64,000 nucleotides of DNA from Terriglobia bacterium (GTDB lineage: Bacteria > Acidobacteriota > Terriglobia > 20CM-2-55-15): contig CBDCFM010000004.1 of assembly GCA_965216035.1 (NCBI GenBank), positions 2,780 to 66,779 of the forward strand, given 5' to 3'. Under the pieces are notes generated by a model. The model was not told the DNA's origin and ran no database searches. It saw nothing but the letters and a program-made list of their open reading frames with translations. Each line of letters begins with the position of its first letter. Within the stretch, counting starts at the first letter, position 1. The position numbers and the translations under genes are program-made. Positions 50,701 to 63,146 of the stretch are shown piece after piece.

Positions 50701-51143
50701 AGCTGCTGTTTGACCAGAACTTGAGCCCAAGCCTGGTCGCGGACCTGTCAGGTGACTTCCCGGGGTCCGCGCATGTCCGAGGCATTGGCTTGGAACGGTC
50801 GATGGACGAAGCGGTCTGGAATCACGCCAGAGAACATGGGTTCACGATCGTTTCGAAAGACTCCGATTTTCGTCAGCTCAGTTTCTTGTTCGGCCACCCG
50901 CCGAAGGTAGTTTGGATTCGCAGGGGCAACTGTTCCACGACCAGTGTGAGATCGCTGCTGGATCGGCGAGCAGAGATTCTGGAGTTCGAACGGAGCGAAC
51001 ATGCAACGTTCCTGGCGCTCCTGCAGCCAGCTCAACGCCTCCCGAAGCGCAACTACTCGGTCCTCAACCAGACCGCGCCGGACAGGAATTCCAGTGGGAA
51101 AGCGGGAAATTCGAAAGAGTTTTCCAAGGTCGCATTGAAGTAG
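50697..51143 (+). CDS. DUF5615 PIN-like toxin
   Basis: MKLLFDQNLS...DEAVW...IVSKDSDF...PPKVVW; C-terminus may read through a lost stop. Confidence 0.85.
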   Translation: MKLLFDQNLSPSLVADLSGDFPGSAHVRGIGLERSMDEAVWNHAREHGFTIVSKDSDFRQLSFLFGHPPKVVWIRRGNCSTTSVRSLLDRRAEILEFERSEHATFLALLQPAQRLPKRNYSVLNQTAPDRNSSGKAGNSKEFSKVALK

Positions 51144-51190
51144 TACTCGTCCCCGGAAGCGCGTCTCGTCTGTTCGTGACTTTCGACCTC

Positions 51191-51790
51191 TCATCCGTCG
51201 TTGGCTTCTTCTTCCAACCCGTTAACGGCGTCCAGAACCGTTTTGAAATCGGGTGGGTCTCCGAAGATCATCATACCCATCTGTCGATAATCGCGCTGGA
51301 GGCCGGGAAAGTGCGCGACGTTGCCGAAACGTTCCCGGCTTGGCGTCTTCGTAGCGAGCCCAGCCGCAGGGATAAAAGCGCTGTTTGAACTCCACGACTT
51401 ATTGGAGCAGCCCCACGTCCTGCCGGACGGGGCTCGTGGCGAGTTTGTCGGTGTCGTAATAATGCCGTGAATATCGCGACGGGGTCGCGCCTTCACGGTG
51501 CGCTTCCTGATGAAGAATCGTCGCCTTTCCCCAGAACGTTCGTTCCGCGGCGCGCGAGTGCCCGGGCCACCTCTCGAGTTCCGGGCCTGGCTGGCGGCCG
51601 AGGAGCTCGATCGGGGGGGTAGTCGTAGATGCCACGAATGACCCGGCAGATCACGCCTTTCTGAAGGAGACGGTGTAGGGGAGATCAATGGACGATCGGC
51701 TTCCCGGAAGAGCGAAGTCATGCTGGGAGAAGGCCCATCCTCGGCCTTTGCTTTGTATTCTTTTATATGTTTTTGTTTCTGTGCTTTGAT
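51191..51790 (-). pseudogene. fragmented AbiEi (DUF6088-like)/AbiEii nucleotidyltransferase type IV TA pair
   Basis: RIQSKGRGWAFSQHDF; ERTFWGKATILH...SRHYYD; DYRQMGMMIFGDPP, in different frames. Confidence 0.7.
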
Positions 51791-51823
51791 TCACTTTTGT
51801 GGCTCTTAGGTTGTAAGAAAAAT

Positions 51824-52141
51824 GGCCTCCTCCGCAGAATTTGTGGGCAGTCCAAAGGCCTGTGCGCACATAAGTAATTGAAACAAAGTACCTTATTCTT
51901 TTGTTCGACGGCGAATATTCCAGTACCCACTTCGGTCGGACGCCTACACCCGGTGCCCGGAGCCCCCGCCGGAGGCCCCGTTCCCCATCGCCCACACCAG
52001 CCGACACCGCGGAGCGCAGCCGAGGGTCAAGGCCGGCGCAGCCGCCGAGCTTGCGAGGGAAGCCTTGAGGCTTGGCGAGCACCGTGGTCTCCTCAAGCGG
52101 CGATGGAAGACGGTTTTACCCACAAATTCTGCGGAAGACCC
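51824..52141. mobile_element. ISL3-like non-autonomous relic
   Basis: Inverted ends TCCGCAGAATTTGTGGG...CCCACAAATTCTGCGGA; no transposase. Confidence 0.55.
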
Positions 52142-52240
52142 GATTTTTCTTTCAGAGTCAAGCCAGGGATCAAAGGAGGGGAATGGTCCGAGAGGGACTC
52201 GGAAACAACGGCCTCCAGGGTGGTTGAAGCAGGCGCGCGG

Positions 52241-52370
52241 TGGTATGAGCGAAGACCAGATCCTTGCCGACTTTCCGTCTCTGACCCGCGAAGACATTCG
52301 CACCTGCTTATCGTTTGCTGCGCCACGCGAGCGCCGCCTCACTAATTCGTTGGCGTGAAACTCCTATTTT
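52241..52370 (+). pseudogene. second DUF433/DUF5615 pair relic
   Basis: GMSEDQILADFPSLTREDIRTCLSFAA, then overlapping GTG-KLLF and truncation. Confidence 0.75.
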
Positions 52371-52632
52371 CTATTTTCTGTAGTTACAGTTCTGTAAATT
52401 GTTGTTGGGCTGACGGACCGACCACTCATTGCGACGCCCGCGAGTGCCAGTGATCTGGCGACCGCCGGTCATGTGCGAATGCAAGAACCCGGATGACGTC
52501 GTCACGATCGATGTAGACGACATGGAAGGGGAATCGCGACGGGTGCCCGGCGAACAGGCAAGTCCAATGGAAGGCCGGGAACTGGATAATACCTAACTGC
52601 GTTTAGACATTCGAGGCACAGGGAGAATTCTT

Positions 52633-53868
52633 GTGAGGGATTACAGTCAAAATGGTGAGCAGGCCAGCATCCTGAATTACTTCACAAATCACCATCCACG
52701 GCATCGGTACTTGGTAGATGTAGGCGCTTTCGGTGGACAGAGTTCAAACACAATGGCTCTGTTGAATGGTGGATGGTCTGGCTTGTTGATCGATGCGAAT
52801 CCACTCAGGGTAAACACGATAGTTCGCGACTTCCACGGATTGGACATTCGGGTCGTCTGTGTAGGGATAGTTGGGGAATCGCCTGGTATGGGCGAAATTC
52901 ACATGCACATGGTTGACGAACACTGTTCCCTGAAGAAGGACTGGCAGCCCCAAAGCCGGGCTGAATGGTCAGTGACGATAGCAACAATGACATTGCAGGA
53001 TGTCTTAGACTCGTGCGATGTTCCTTGCGATTTCGACTTTCTCAGCATAGACGCCGAGGGAATGGACGAATCGATTATGACGAGCTTTTTGCGAGACGGT
53101 GCATACAGACCCAAACTGATTGTCACGGAGGATGCCTCATACAAAGACGCGGATAGCGTATTTGAGAAGTACGGTTACACCTGCATTCTGAAGGTTGGTG
53201 GCAACCTGATGTTCGAGCAGGTTGCGGATGGCGGCATAGAGTCGTTTTCGCAGGATAAAGAAGATCTGGTGGTCTGGGAATACTTTCAGTCCCAGTCTCC
53301 TCGTAACCGGTTCTTAGTAGACGTGGGAGCCTGCCAGAAGGAGCAATCGAATACCTGGTCTATCTTGAACGAAGGATGGAGTGGAATATTGATTGATGCA
53401 GATCCTGAAAAGGAAGACTGGCTCAAAAGAGATTTTGCGGGTATGGACGTTGAGATCGTCATTTGTGGAGTAGGCGACAAGGACTGCCAGATGGATTTCC
53501 ATGAAAACAAGAATAGCGGAAGCAGTAGTTTTCTACCGACTTGGGATGTAGAGCACAGAACAGGGAACATCCGGCAACTGAGAGTCAGACCCTTGAAGGA
53601 TATTCTGAGCGAGTATCTGGTTCCTGAGGACTTCGATTATTTGTCGATTGACGCCGAAGGGATGGATTCTCTGATTCTGGAAAACCTGTTCGAAACGAGC
53701 GACTACAGGCCTGGCATAATTGTGACAGAGTGTGGTTTGGTTCCAGTTCACGAGAGGAATGAATTCTTCGAGAAGTTTGGCTATGAGTTGTTTCGAAGAA
53801 CACACGTCAGCGGAAACTGGTATTCCAATCTGATCTACTGCCAGACGGCACATCGACGGGATTCGTGA
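52633..53868 (+). CDS. tandem double FkbM-family methyltransferase
   Basis: Two repeats of (Y/F)SQ..E...VDVGA...SNT...GWSG.LIDA...FD(F/Y)LSIDAEG. Confidence 0.88.
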   Translation: MRDYSQNGEQASILNYFTNHHPRHRYLVDVGAFGGQSSNTMALLNGGWSGLLIDANPLRVNTIVRDFHGLDIRVVCVGIVGESPGMGEIHMHMVDEHCSLKKDWQPQSRAEWSVTIATMTLQDVLDSCDVPCDFDFLSIDAEGMDESIMTSFLRDGAYRPKLIVTEDASYKDADSVFEKYGYTCILKVGGNLMFEQVADGGIESFSQDKEDLVVWEYFQSQSPRNRFLVDVGACQKEQSNTWSILNEGWSGILIDADPEKEDWLKRDFAGMDVEIVICGVGDKDCQMDFHENKNSGSSSFLPTWDVEHRTGNIRQLRVRPLKDILSEYLVPEDFDYLSIDAEGMDSLILENLFETSDYRPGIIVTECGLVPVHERNEFFEKFGYELFRRTHVSGNWYSNLIYCQTAHRRDS

Positions 53869-54175
53869 GACCAAAGTAACTGTGAGGGAGATAGAGAAAC
53901 GGCTCGTGACGCCAGTGAGTCCGGGGGCGGTCGCGAAAGCTTGGATCGCACCTGTCTTGATCAGAGCTAAAACATGGCCGGCACATCGGCGGCTAAGAGG
54001 CCTTTCCCGCCCCGTTTCGCCCCAGATCGTTTTTCCTCCTGCTTCTGAATTTCGTTGGGTTAGAATTCTACTCTTACAAGGGACTGCAGGATTGGCAGGT
54101 CCAGGATGATCTTGTATTGCTCCGGCTCGAAGACGACGCGAGTTCAGGCTGCGAAGCTTTTACAGTTTTCATGTC

Positions 54176-55876
54176 ATGAACAGGGAATCCGACAAGCCGC
54201 AATTTCCTGAGAAAGAAACGCCGCTGCACTTGCAAAGCGAGCAGGCGGAAAATGAGGCAGGTCGAGAGCAGGTACCGGGATCGGGGCGCGGGTCAGGAAC
54301 GACAACCGAACATTCTCCAGGAGAGGAAACGACTTCCCGCCATCGGAAAGAGGAATTTCCGGTTGAAGTCCTTTCTCCAAGTCCCTCGGGCAGCCCCTCT
54401 CCGAGCCCATCGGCCAGCCCGATGCCTTCGCCAAGCCCCTCTCCGACGCCGTCGATGTCGCCTTCGCCATCTCCCTCGCCCAGTCCCTCGCCGTCTCCTT
54501 AGCCGTCTCCGTCGGTCAGCCCATCGCCCTCGATCAGCCCGAGCCCTTGCACAGCCACCCTGCGATTTCTTGATTCTCAGAACAACCGGATCGATCCAGC
54601 GACCCAGGCCCTCAACGTCAGCAACCACGTCTCCGATGACGGCGCCTTACGCGGCTCGAGCGCGTCGTTCAGGCGGACGGCTCGCGACCTGAACGCGTTT
54701 CGCCTGGAAGTGGAGGACGACGACGCGGTTCGTCCGGTTCGCGTGACGCTAAAGGTCGGTAGTCGAGATGCCATCACGTATACCCTGAACAGACGAAATC
54801 GAAACCGCTATCGGGGACAATTCATTCGGCTGGTGACCGATGAGGAGGATGATGGCAGGTTGAGAGATCAAACCGTCCGCTGCGTCCTGGGAGAGCAAGT
54901 CGTTTTGAGTTATTCCCGAACTCCCGACTGCCGCGACCAGATCTCCATCGGGATCGGTCGGCCGCCAAGCCGTCCCGGAGCAGGCAGAAATAATGTCCAC
55001 CCGAATCATTTGATGCACGATATCCGAACCTTGAACGTTGCGGTAGTCGTCTTCAGCGTTCCAGGGCGAACCCGATTGCGAGGCAGGATCAACCGGACTC
55101 AGACTACGATCCGCCTGAGAAATCTGGCCAACGTCAACCCTACCGGTAACGTTCTAATCGGAAGAGAGATCATCTCCTACACCGGAATCAACCAAGGAAA
55201 CAACGAACTCACGGGCTGCGCTCGCGGGACAAATAGCGCTGCTCATGCCATTGGAGCGAGGGTGTGGTTCTCCACAAGCACTCCCGCAGCTTCGGCGGCC
55301 GAGGTAGCCGCGGATCTTCTGACACTGAACGAGCGTTATGCCCAGGCGACGATACGACTGAATGCGAATCCGACCGTGAACCTCGGAACCAGCGTAGGAA
55401 CCCCGCCTGCCCCTGTGGGAGTGCCGCTTCCGGGAGCCCTGCTGCGGGGCTTCCGTCGAACGGAAGGTATCGTGGCGAACGCCACCGACTCCGAAAATGC
55501 ATTGGTCCCTTTGAAGAACGCAGGAGCGAATACGGTCACGATCTTCTATGTGGAGAAAGTGTTCAAGGAGGAACGCCCCGCGTCCTCGATCAAAGCCACG
55601 GCGTATCCAGCTGTCAAGAACGGCACACGTAACACAAACTTCAAGAACTTTCTCGTCATGGGACAGTCCAGGTGGGTCTTGTCGATATCCCACGAGATGA
55701 TGCATGTCCTTCGGAATTCTCCTCACAGAGACGGCGACCCGAGAACCTCTTTGCTCCATCCTTCGCGCGGCAGAAATGACAAGGCCACAAGCCGAAACAA
55801 ACGTGCTGGCCCGTATGCGGCTCTCAACAACGCCGATACACGGTTCATTCGAAACAGCGTTTTGACGTTACCTTAG
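54176..55876 (+). pseudogene. Ser/Pro-repeat protein with C-terminal HExxH motif, split by one in-frame TAG (54500-54502)
   Basis: ORFs 54176-54502 and 54710-55876 are in the same frame; the gap is open and continues the SP repeat; SHEMMH near the C-terminus. Confidence 0.7.
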
Positions 55877-55889
55877 AGAGTCATCGAAA

Positions 55890-56450
55890 ATGAATCCGCA
55901 ACGCTACGAATTCAAAGTCTACGCTCTCGGCCTTTCCCTGTTGGCCACTCTGACCCTCTTCGGCTTCAGCCGCACGTCCGCCTTGCTCTTGAGCTATCTG
56001 GCGTTTGGGATCTTTTTTTTCATTGCGGCTTTGCTGAAGCGGGATATTGCGGGTTCGAGGAAGATTCTTGAGAGCCTGGCGCTTTTGATCCTGTGGCCGC
56101 TCGTCTTGCCTTTCTTTTCAAGAACCCGAATGGCCGATGTCGAATCGGATGAGGACGAAGACCCTCGTTTGTTGGATTTGATCACACGGTTCGGCGGTAA
56201 GATAGACGCCACTCCCGACATCGACTTCGATACTGCTGCGAGAATGTCGGTCGTATTCGCCGATCTGATGGAGGAGTGGAATCCGATCAATTTCAGCGTC
56301 GACGATTTCTCGAAGGTCGTAGGCGCGCCGACTCGCATCGAGGATGGTGTTTTGGAATACGAATTCGACAATGGCTGGGACGGGGACTTGTGGCGCTTCG
56401 AGGTCTCGGGCCCGGATATTTCCGGCGTCGAACATATCGCCTTCGATTGA
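55890..56450 (+). CDS. hypothetical membrane protein with acidic C-terminal domain
   Basis: Three hydrophobic segments then an acidic domain; 13 bp after the upstream gene. Confidence 0.65.
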   Translation: MNPQRYEFKVYALGLSLLATLTLFGFSRTSALLLSYLAFGIFFFIAALLKRDIAGSRKILESLALLILWPLVLPFFSRTRMADVESDEDEDPRLLDLITRFGGKIDATPDIDFDTAARMSVVFADLMEEWNPINFSVDDFSKVVGAPTRIEDGVLEYEFDNGWDGDLWRFEVSGPDISGVEHIAFD

Positions 56451-56463
56451 AGCGTGCAAGCGT

Positions 56464-58586
<2,123 letters not shown>

Positions 58587-58590
<4 letters not shown>

Positions 58591-59564
58591 GCACACTCGA
58601 TCCTCAAACACTCTTCCCGTCTTCGGCGGCACGCGAAGAAGAAACCATCGAGCTGCTCCGAAGAGCCGGGGCTCATCTCGAACCGAATTCCCAGGAAACC
58701 TTCTGGAGAAGTTGGGAAGAGCTGATTCTCGACCCATTCGACGAGACCTATCCAGAACTCAACGATCTTCCTGGAAACGAACTCGTATTAGGGTTTCTAG
58801 GACGCTCGCATATGGGGGATGTGCTTTGCATGTCACCTTTGATTCGCAAGCTGACAGACACGTACCAGTGTCGCGTCAGCATCGTCAGGCACAGAAGTAC
58901 CTACAGGGTGCTCGAAGGCAATCCCTATCTGTCGCGCTATTTCAATGACAATCGGATTTCTATCGGAGAGTGCGTCCGGGGACCCGGACACATGATACAG
59001 AAGCTGGAAAGGCATTTCGGATTGGAAATCTCGTGCCGTCCAAAGCCGGAAGTCTACCTCTCGCCCGAGGAATCGCATTGGGCATGGCAAATCAAGGCGA
59101 TGCTTCCGCAGAATCGGCCCATCGCGATCGTCTGCATGAATTCCGTTACGGACAACCGGATCGCCCGAACCGACCGACTCAATTGGCAGAGCTGGGTCGA
59201 CGCTCTCGACGAACGATTCACGGTGGTTCAGCCGGCATTGACCAAAGTCGAGACTCTGGAAGAAGTCGTTCGTCTGCACGAGAGCCATCGAAGCGCCTGG
59301 AGGCCGGATCATATCCTGGACAATTGTTTCGTGTTGAAAAACCTGGACACGAGAAAATTCATGGCGCTCTTCTCGATCGCCGACCTCTATCTTGGACCCA
59401 ATTCCGGCGGGGCTCATCTTGCTGCGGCTTTTGACGTCCCCGCCTTCGTGGTTCTCAATGCCAAGCAATACAAAACCGGGCTGACCTTCCCGGATCGCAT
59501 TTCCGGAAACCATTGGCGCCACGAGTCATTTCTGTACCCATATCACAATTTCCTGTGGTCTTAG
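58587..59564 (+). CDS. glycosyltransferase family 9 (heptosyltransferase-like)
   Basis: HMGDVLCMSP, NPY, YLGPNSGGAHLAAAFDVP. Confidence 0.85.
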
Positions 59565-59718
59565 AGCGCATCGAAAACAAGGTCGATGTTGGCCTTCTCC
59601 CAACAAGACTTCGCTCTTCGGGGAAGCCGATCTTCTGTTGAGCGTACCGTCTACTTAAGCTGGCAGGAAACGCTTTGACACTTTCTGTGGGCGAACTTCA
59701 GGGAATAGAATAGCTTTC

Positions 59719-59928
59719 ATGTCCAAACCTCTGAGCGCAGACGACATTCTCCCGCTGGTCGCCCGCCTGACGCCACAGGAGCGTCTCCGCTTGCTGCGGT
59801 TGATCGGCCTGCAGCCCAGAGCAAACGACGGAGATGCCTACAGCGCGTTACCCCCAACACGAGAGGAGTTCTCAAGCGATGATGACCCGCTTGCTTGGGA
59901 TTCTGAAGGCTGGGAGGATGTCGGTTGA
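59719..59928 (+). CDS. putative antitoxin upstream of a MazF relic
   Basis: 69 aa, acidic C-terminus, overlaps the toxin start. Confidence 0.6.
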   Translation: MSKPLSADDILPLVARLTPQERLRLLRLIGLQPRANDGDAYSALPPTREEFSSDDDPLAWDSEGWEDVG

Positions 59929-60255
59929 ACCGCGGCGAGATCCGTTGGTATACATTTTCGACCGCCGGACAAGCGTCGCCCCGTTTTGATGCTCACGCGA
60001 GACGAGGTAATTGATCACCGGAATTAAATTATCGTCGTTCCGGTGACGCGAACTATTCGTTCATTAGCCACAGAGGTTGTCCTGTCGCCAGATGACGGCA
60101 TGCCTGTTATTTGTGCGTTGAACTTCGACCATTTATCCCTGGCCCAACGCGACCGGATTGGACCGGTGCCCTGTAGTCTGCCAGAGTCAAGATGGCCAGA
60201 AGTGCATCGTGCTCTTCTTTTGGCATGTGGCTTCGGAGAGCAGGAAGCTGGCTAA
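59925..60255 (+). pseudogene. PemK/MazF toxin with a frameshift and an internal stop
   Basis: NRGEIRW / PPDKRRPVLMLTR...N*IIVVPVTRTIR...CALNFDH. Confidence 0.8.
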
Positions 60256-60281
60256 CATTACGCTGCAACGGCCATACCGCC

Positions 60282-60923
60282 CTCGACAACTTCGAGAAAT
60301 TCTTGCACACCAACTCCGATCTCCCAGACCTCGTACACTGCGGCATAGCTCACGCCCAGTTTGAAACGATACATCCGTTCCTGGACGGGAACGGACGAGT
60401 CGGGCGTTTGCTCATTACCTTTCTGCTGTGCCAGAAAGAGATCCTACGGAAGCCCTTGCTGTATCTGAGCCTCTATCTGAGAGCACATCGCGCCGAATAT
60501 TACGATCGGCTAACGGCGATTCGCGTAGACGGGAATTGGGAAGGGTGGTTGAAGTTTTTCCTGATGGGCGTGTTCGAGGTCAGCCAATCAGCGACGGATA
60601 CCGTCCAGGCCGTTCTCCAATTGAGGGAGAGCCACCGTGCGATCATTGCCGAGACGATGGGCCGGCGATCACCCGGGGGTCTTCGGCTGCTCGATTTGCT
60701 TTTTACACAGCCGATCACTTACGTGTCCGTCGCCGCGACACGCCTCGAGTGCTCTTACTTCACCGCAAATCGAATCATCGAACGGATGGTCGCGCTGGGC
60801 ATCCTGGTTGAAACAACGGGCGACCAGCGAAATCGGCGCTTCCGATATCAGGCATACCTCGATCTCTTTGATCGACTGGCGCCATCTGCTCCCTCCCTTG
60901 GTTCCCCTCCCGGCCGGTCATGA
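60282..60923 (+). pseudogene. Fic family protein, N-terminus missing
   Basis: HAQFETIHPFLDGNGRVGR; C-terminal ETTGDQRNRRF; abuts the MazF cassette end. Confidence 0.8.
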
Positions 60924-61270
60924 CCCATCTCCGACGGCGTCGTCCCAGGGTCCGCCCAAAAATAACTTCGCAGAATTGGCGCCCAGATTTCGGTCAGATC
61001 CTGTCGTGCGATCTGTGGAATGGACCGATTGAGCAGACCGGAGGTGTAGCCCAGCAGTGGCTTCACCAGAGGGCGGCCAGCGTATTTCTTGATTCCTGAA
61101 GGAAGTGGTCGCCGCAGGTGAGGCAACGTCCGTAGAAGATTCCGCCTCTGGAGTAAACGCAATGAACTATCACGTATTCGCAGCGGAGTATGCATCGAGG
61201 TACGTAGTTCTGTAGAATTGTTCCAGGCGGACTTGGTAGCGAGTCTGTAAATTACGGTTATCCTTGGTAG

Positions 61271-61513
61271 GTGCCACAGTACGGATTCACGGACTATTTC
61301 GAGAAGGAAGTGCTTCGAAAACGTCCATACTTGAACAAGGAGCTGTGTATTTGGGTCATTGAGCAAGCGATCCGCTCTGAACCCCAGGAGAACAACCGAC
61401 ACCGATTCTGGGCGAAGGTTCCTGAACTGGGTAGCCGATATCTGAGAGTCATCACTCTGAAGGACAAGTCAACGATCCACAACGCGTTCCTGGACCGGCG
61501 GTTTAAACCATGA
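61271..61513 (+). CDS. small putative toxin paired with DUF2283
   Basis: FTDYFEKEVLRKRPY...RYLRVITL.D..TIHNAF.DR; ATGA overlap with the next gene. Confidence 0.7.
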   Translation: MPQYGFTDYFEKEVLRKRPYLNKELCIWVIEQAIRSEPQENNRHRFWAKVPELGSRYLRVITLKDKSTIHNAFLDRRFKP

Positions 61514-61727
61514 AGCTAAACTTCATCCGGACACGGATTCACTTTACATCGACCTGTCGGAGCAAGTGAGCACCGACACAAAAGAAATTTCCGAGGGCGT
61601 GCTTCTCGACTACGACGCCGAAGGCAATCTAGTCGGTATCGATATCGACAACGCCAGCAGCAAGGTCAATCTCCACAAGCTCACCATCAGCAAGCTGCCG
61701 GGCGATGTCGAAACGATCGCCGGTTAG
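61510..61727 (+). pseudogene. DUF2283 antitoxin-like protein with an early frameshift
   Basis: MKLN / PDTDSLYIDL...EISEGVLLDYDAEGNLVGIDI. Confidence 0.8.
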
Positions 61728-61902
61728 GAGCCTCGGCGGCAGAAGGGATCTGCTACGAAAGCGGTAGAGTCGGTCCTTCCCGATTCTTCGTCAAACACAA
61801 CCACTATTCGCCTCAGAATCGAGAAAATGCCTCAAAGTCGAGGGGAATCTGGCCTCGATTCCCCACTTTCTCGCGACGATCCCTTCTGCCACCGAGGCTC
61901 CT
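61725..61902. mobile_element. MITE family B, uninterrupted copy
   Basis: TIR AGGAGCCTCGGCGGCAGAAGGGATC...GATCCCTTCTGCCACCGAGGCTCCT. Confidence 0.8.
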
Positions 61903-62252
61903 GGGCTGCCACCGATCCCAAGGGCCAGGGTCATCAACGAAACCAACGTGAACACCGGCGCTTTTCGGAGGGTATGAAGAGCGAAGCCGATGTCCTGCCA
62001 GAGCGCACCCGCAGATAGGGTCCTGGGCGGTCTGACCGAACGCGACACCCTTTGTACCAAAAAGGGGCGAAGGCCAATACCTGACGCCAATACCACCGGA
62101 GGGCGGGGGCTTCGCCATCCCTGCTGACGCGAAGCCGGAACAACTCCTCCAGACCCGCCAACGTCTCGGCTGCCGTGTCGGCGCCGACCAGGAGGGTCAA
62201 CAGCCGGCGCGCCAACCGGGGCGGGGGTCGGTTCCCCACCCCGGGCTGTCAT
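61903..62252 (-). pseudogene. 5' relic of an acidobacterial orphan ABC (MacB-like) permease
   Basis: PPRLARRLL...WYWRQ / WQDIGFALHTLRKAPVFT...TLALGIG; frameshifted and cut at the MITE. Confidence 0.8.
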
Positions 62253-62602
62253 GACCGACCTCCGACGGCGTCGGCATCGGCGTCATCTAAGAGGGATTCT
62301 ACGCCGTCCCAGAGGTTCAGGTACCTTTGTCGGGCTCCGGACATCTCCTCCAACGCCTTCGCGGTGAGGCTGAAGTAGCGACGCCCGTGAGCCCCGTGCG
62401 TTCCCGGCTCCATCCACTGGTCCTCGAGGTAGTCCTTGTCCTTTAGGCGGCGGAGGGCGACGAGGACTGCGGCCGTGGCGACTTCTCGGCCGGTGCGGGC
62501 CTCGATTTCGAGGACGATTTCGACGGAGTAGGAGGAGGAGCCTTTGCGGAGGATTGCGAGGAGGACCTGGTGTTCGAACTCGCCCAGGACTCGTTGGGGC
62601 AT
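62249..62602 (-). CDS. PadR family transcriptional regulator
   Basis: LGEFEHQVLLAI...RRYFSLT; coupled to the permease relic. Confidence 0.85.
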   Translation of the reverse strand: MPQRVLGEFEHQVLLAILRKGSSSYSVEIVLEIEARTGREVATAAVLVALRRLKDKDYLEDQWMEPGTHGAHGRRYFSLTAKALEEMSGARQRYLNLWDGVESLLDDADADAVGGRS

Positions 62603-62798
62603 TGGGTTGTGGGCTCCTTGTTTGGGGCGGATTTGGGTTATGCGACTGGGCGGGGGGGTGGGCTCAGTTGTATAACAGTGCTGTATATGGGAGGGCAAGG
62701 GGAGTTGGTCCGAGGGAGGGGCAGAGATTGAGGTTGGGGAGGGGGGAAGCTGCTCATTGACCAACTGATGCTGAAAGAGCATGACAGTCACTACGAAG

Positions 62799-63143
62799 TC
62801 ATTCGAAACCGACGGCTTCTGTCAGCATCCTGTTCAGCAGATCCAGTTTCCGCCTTCTAGCTGCTGACATGCGCTCCTGGGCCAGATCACCAGCTTTCTC
62901 GAACTGAAAATGCAGAGCTTTGGGTACAGCTTCATAGCCGAGTGCGTTGAGTACTTCACGAAGCGGCGTGTCTATCTCGCGAATCGCAACCACGTCTAGA
63001 ACGAAATCGAAATCTCGAGTCGCACGGCTCGTCGAGATGGAAAACTTCATCGCCTGCGCTCCAGCCAAGACAAAATGATCTGCCAAATCCCCTAGAGAAA
63101 GAAGAAGTTCAAGAAGGTAAGTGCGCTGTGGTTCGTCAATCAA
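62799..63143 (-). pseudogene. AbiEii-like nucleotidyltransferase, apparently internally deleted
   Basis: FVLAGAQA...RATRDFDF; only 114 aa. Confidence 0.65.
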
Positions 63144-63146
63144 GAA

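Noticed and set aside
54500-54502. TAG as pyrrolysine or recoded stop
   Set aside because: Falls at a Ser position in a low-complexity repeat; many genes here end in TAG; no pyl genes seen
54370-54545. Repetitive tract as a possible CRISPR array or VNTR
   Set aside because: Degenerate codons for Ser-Pro repeats; no repeat-spacer structure
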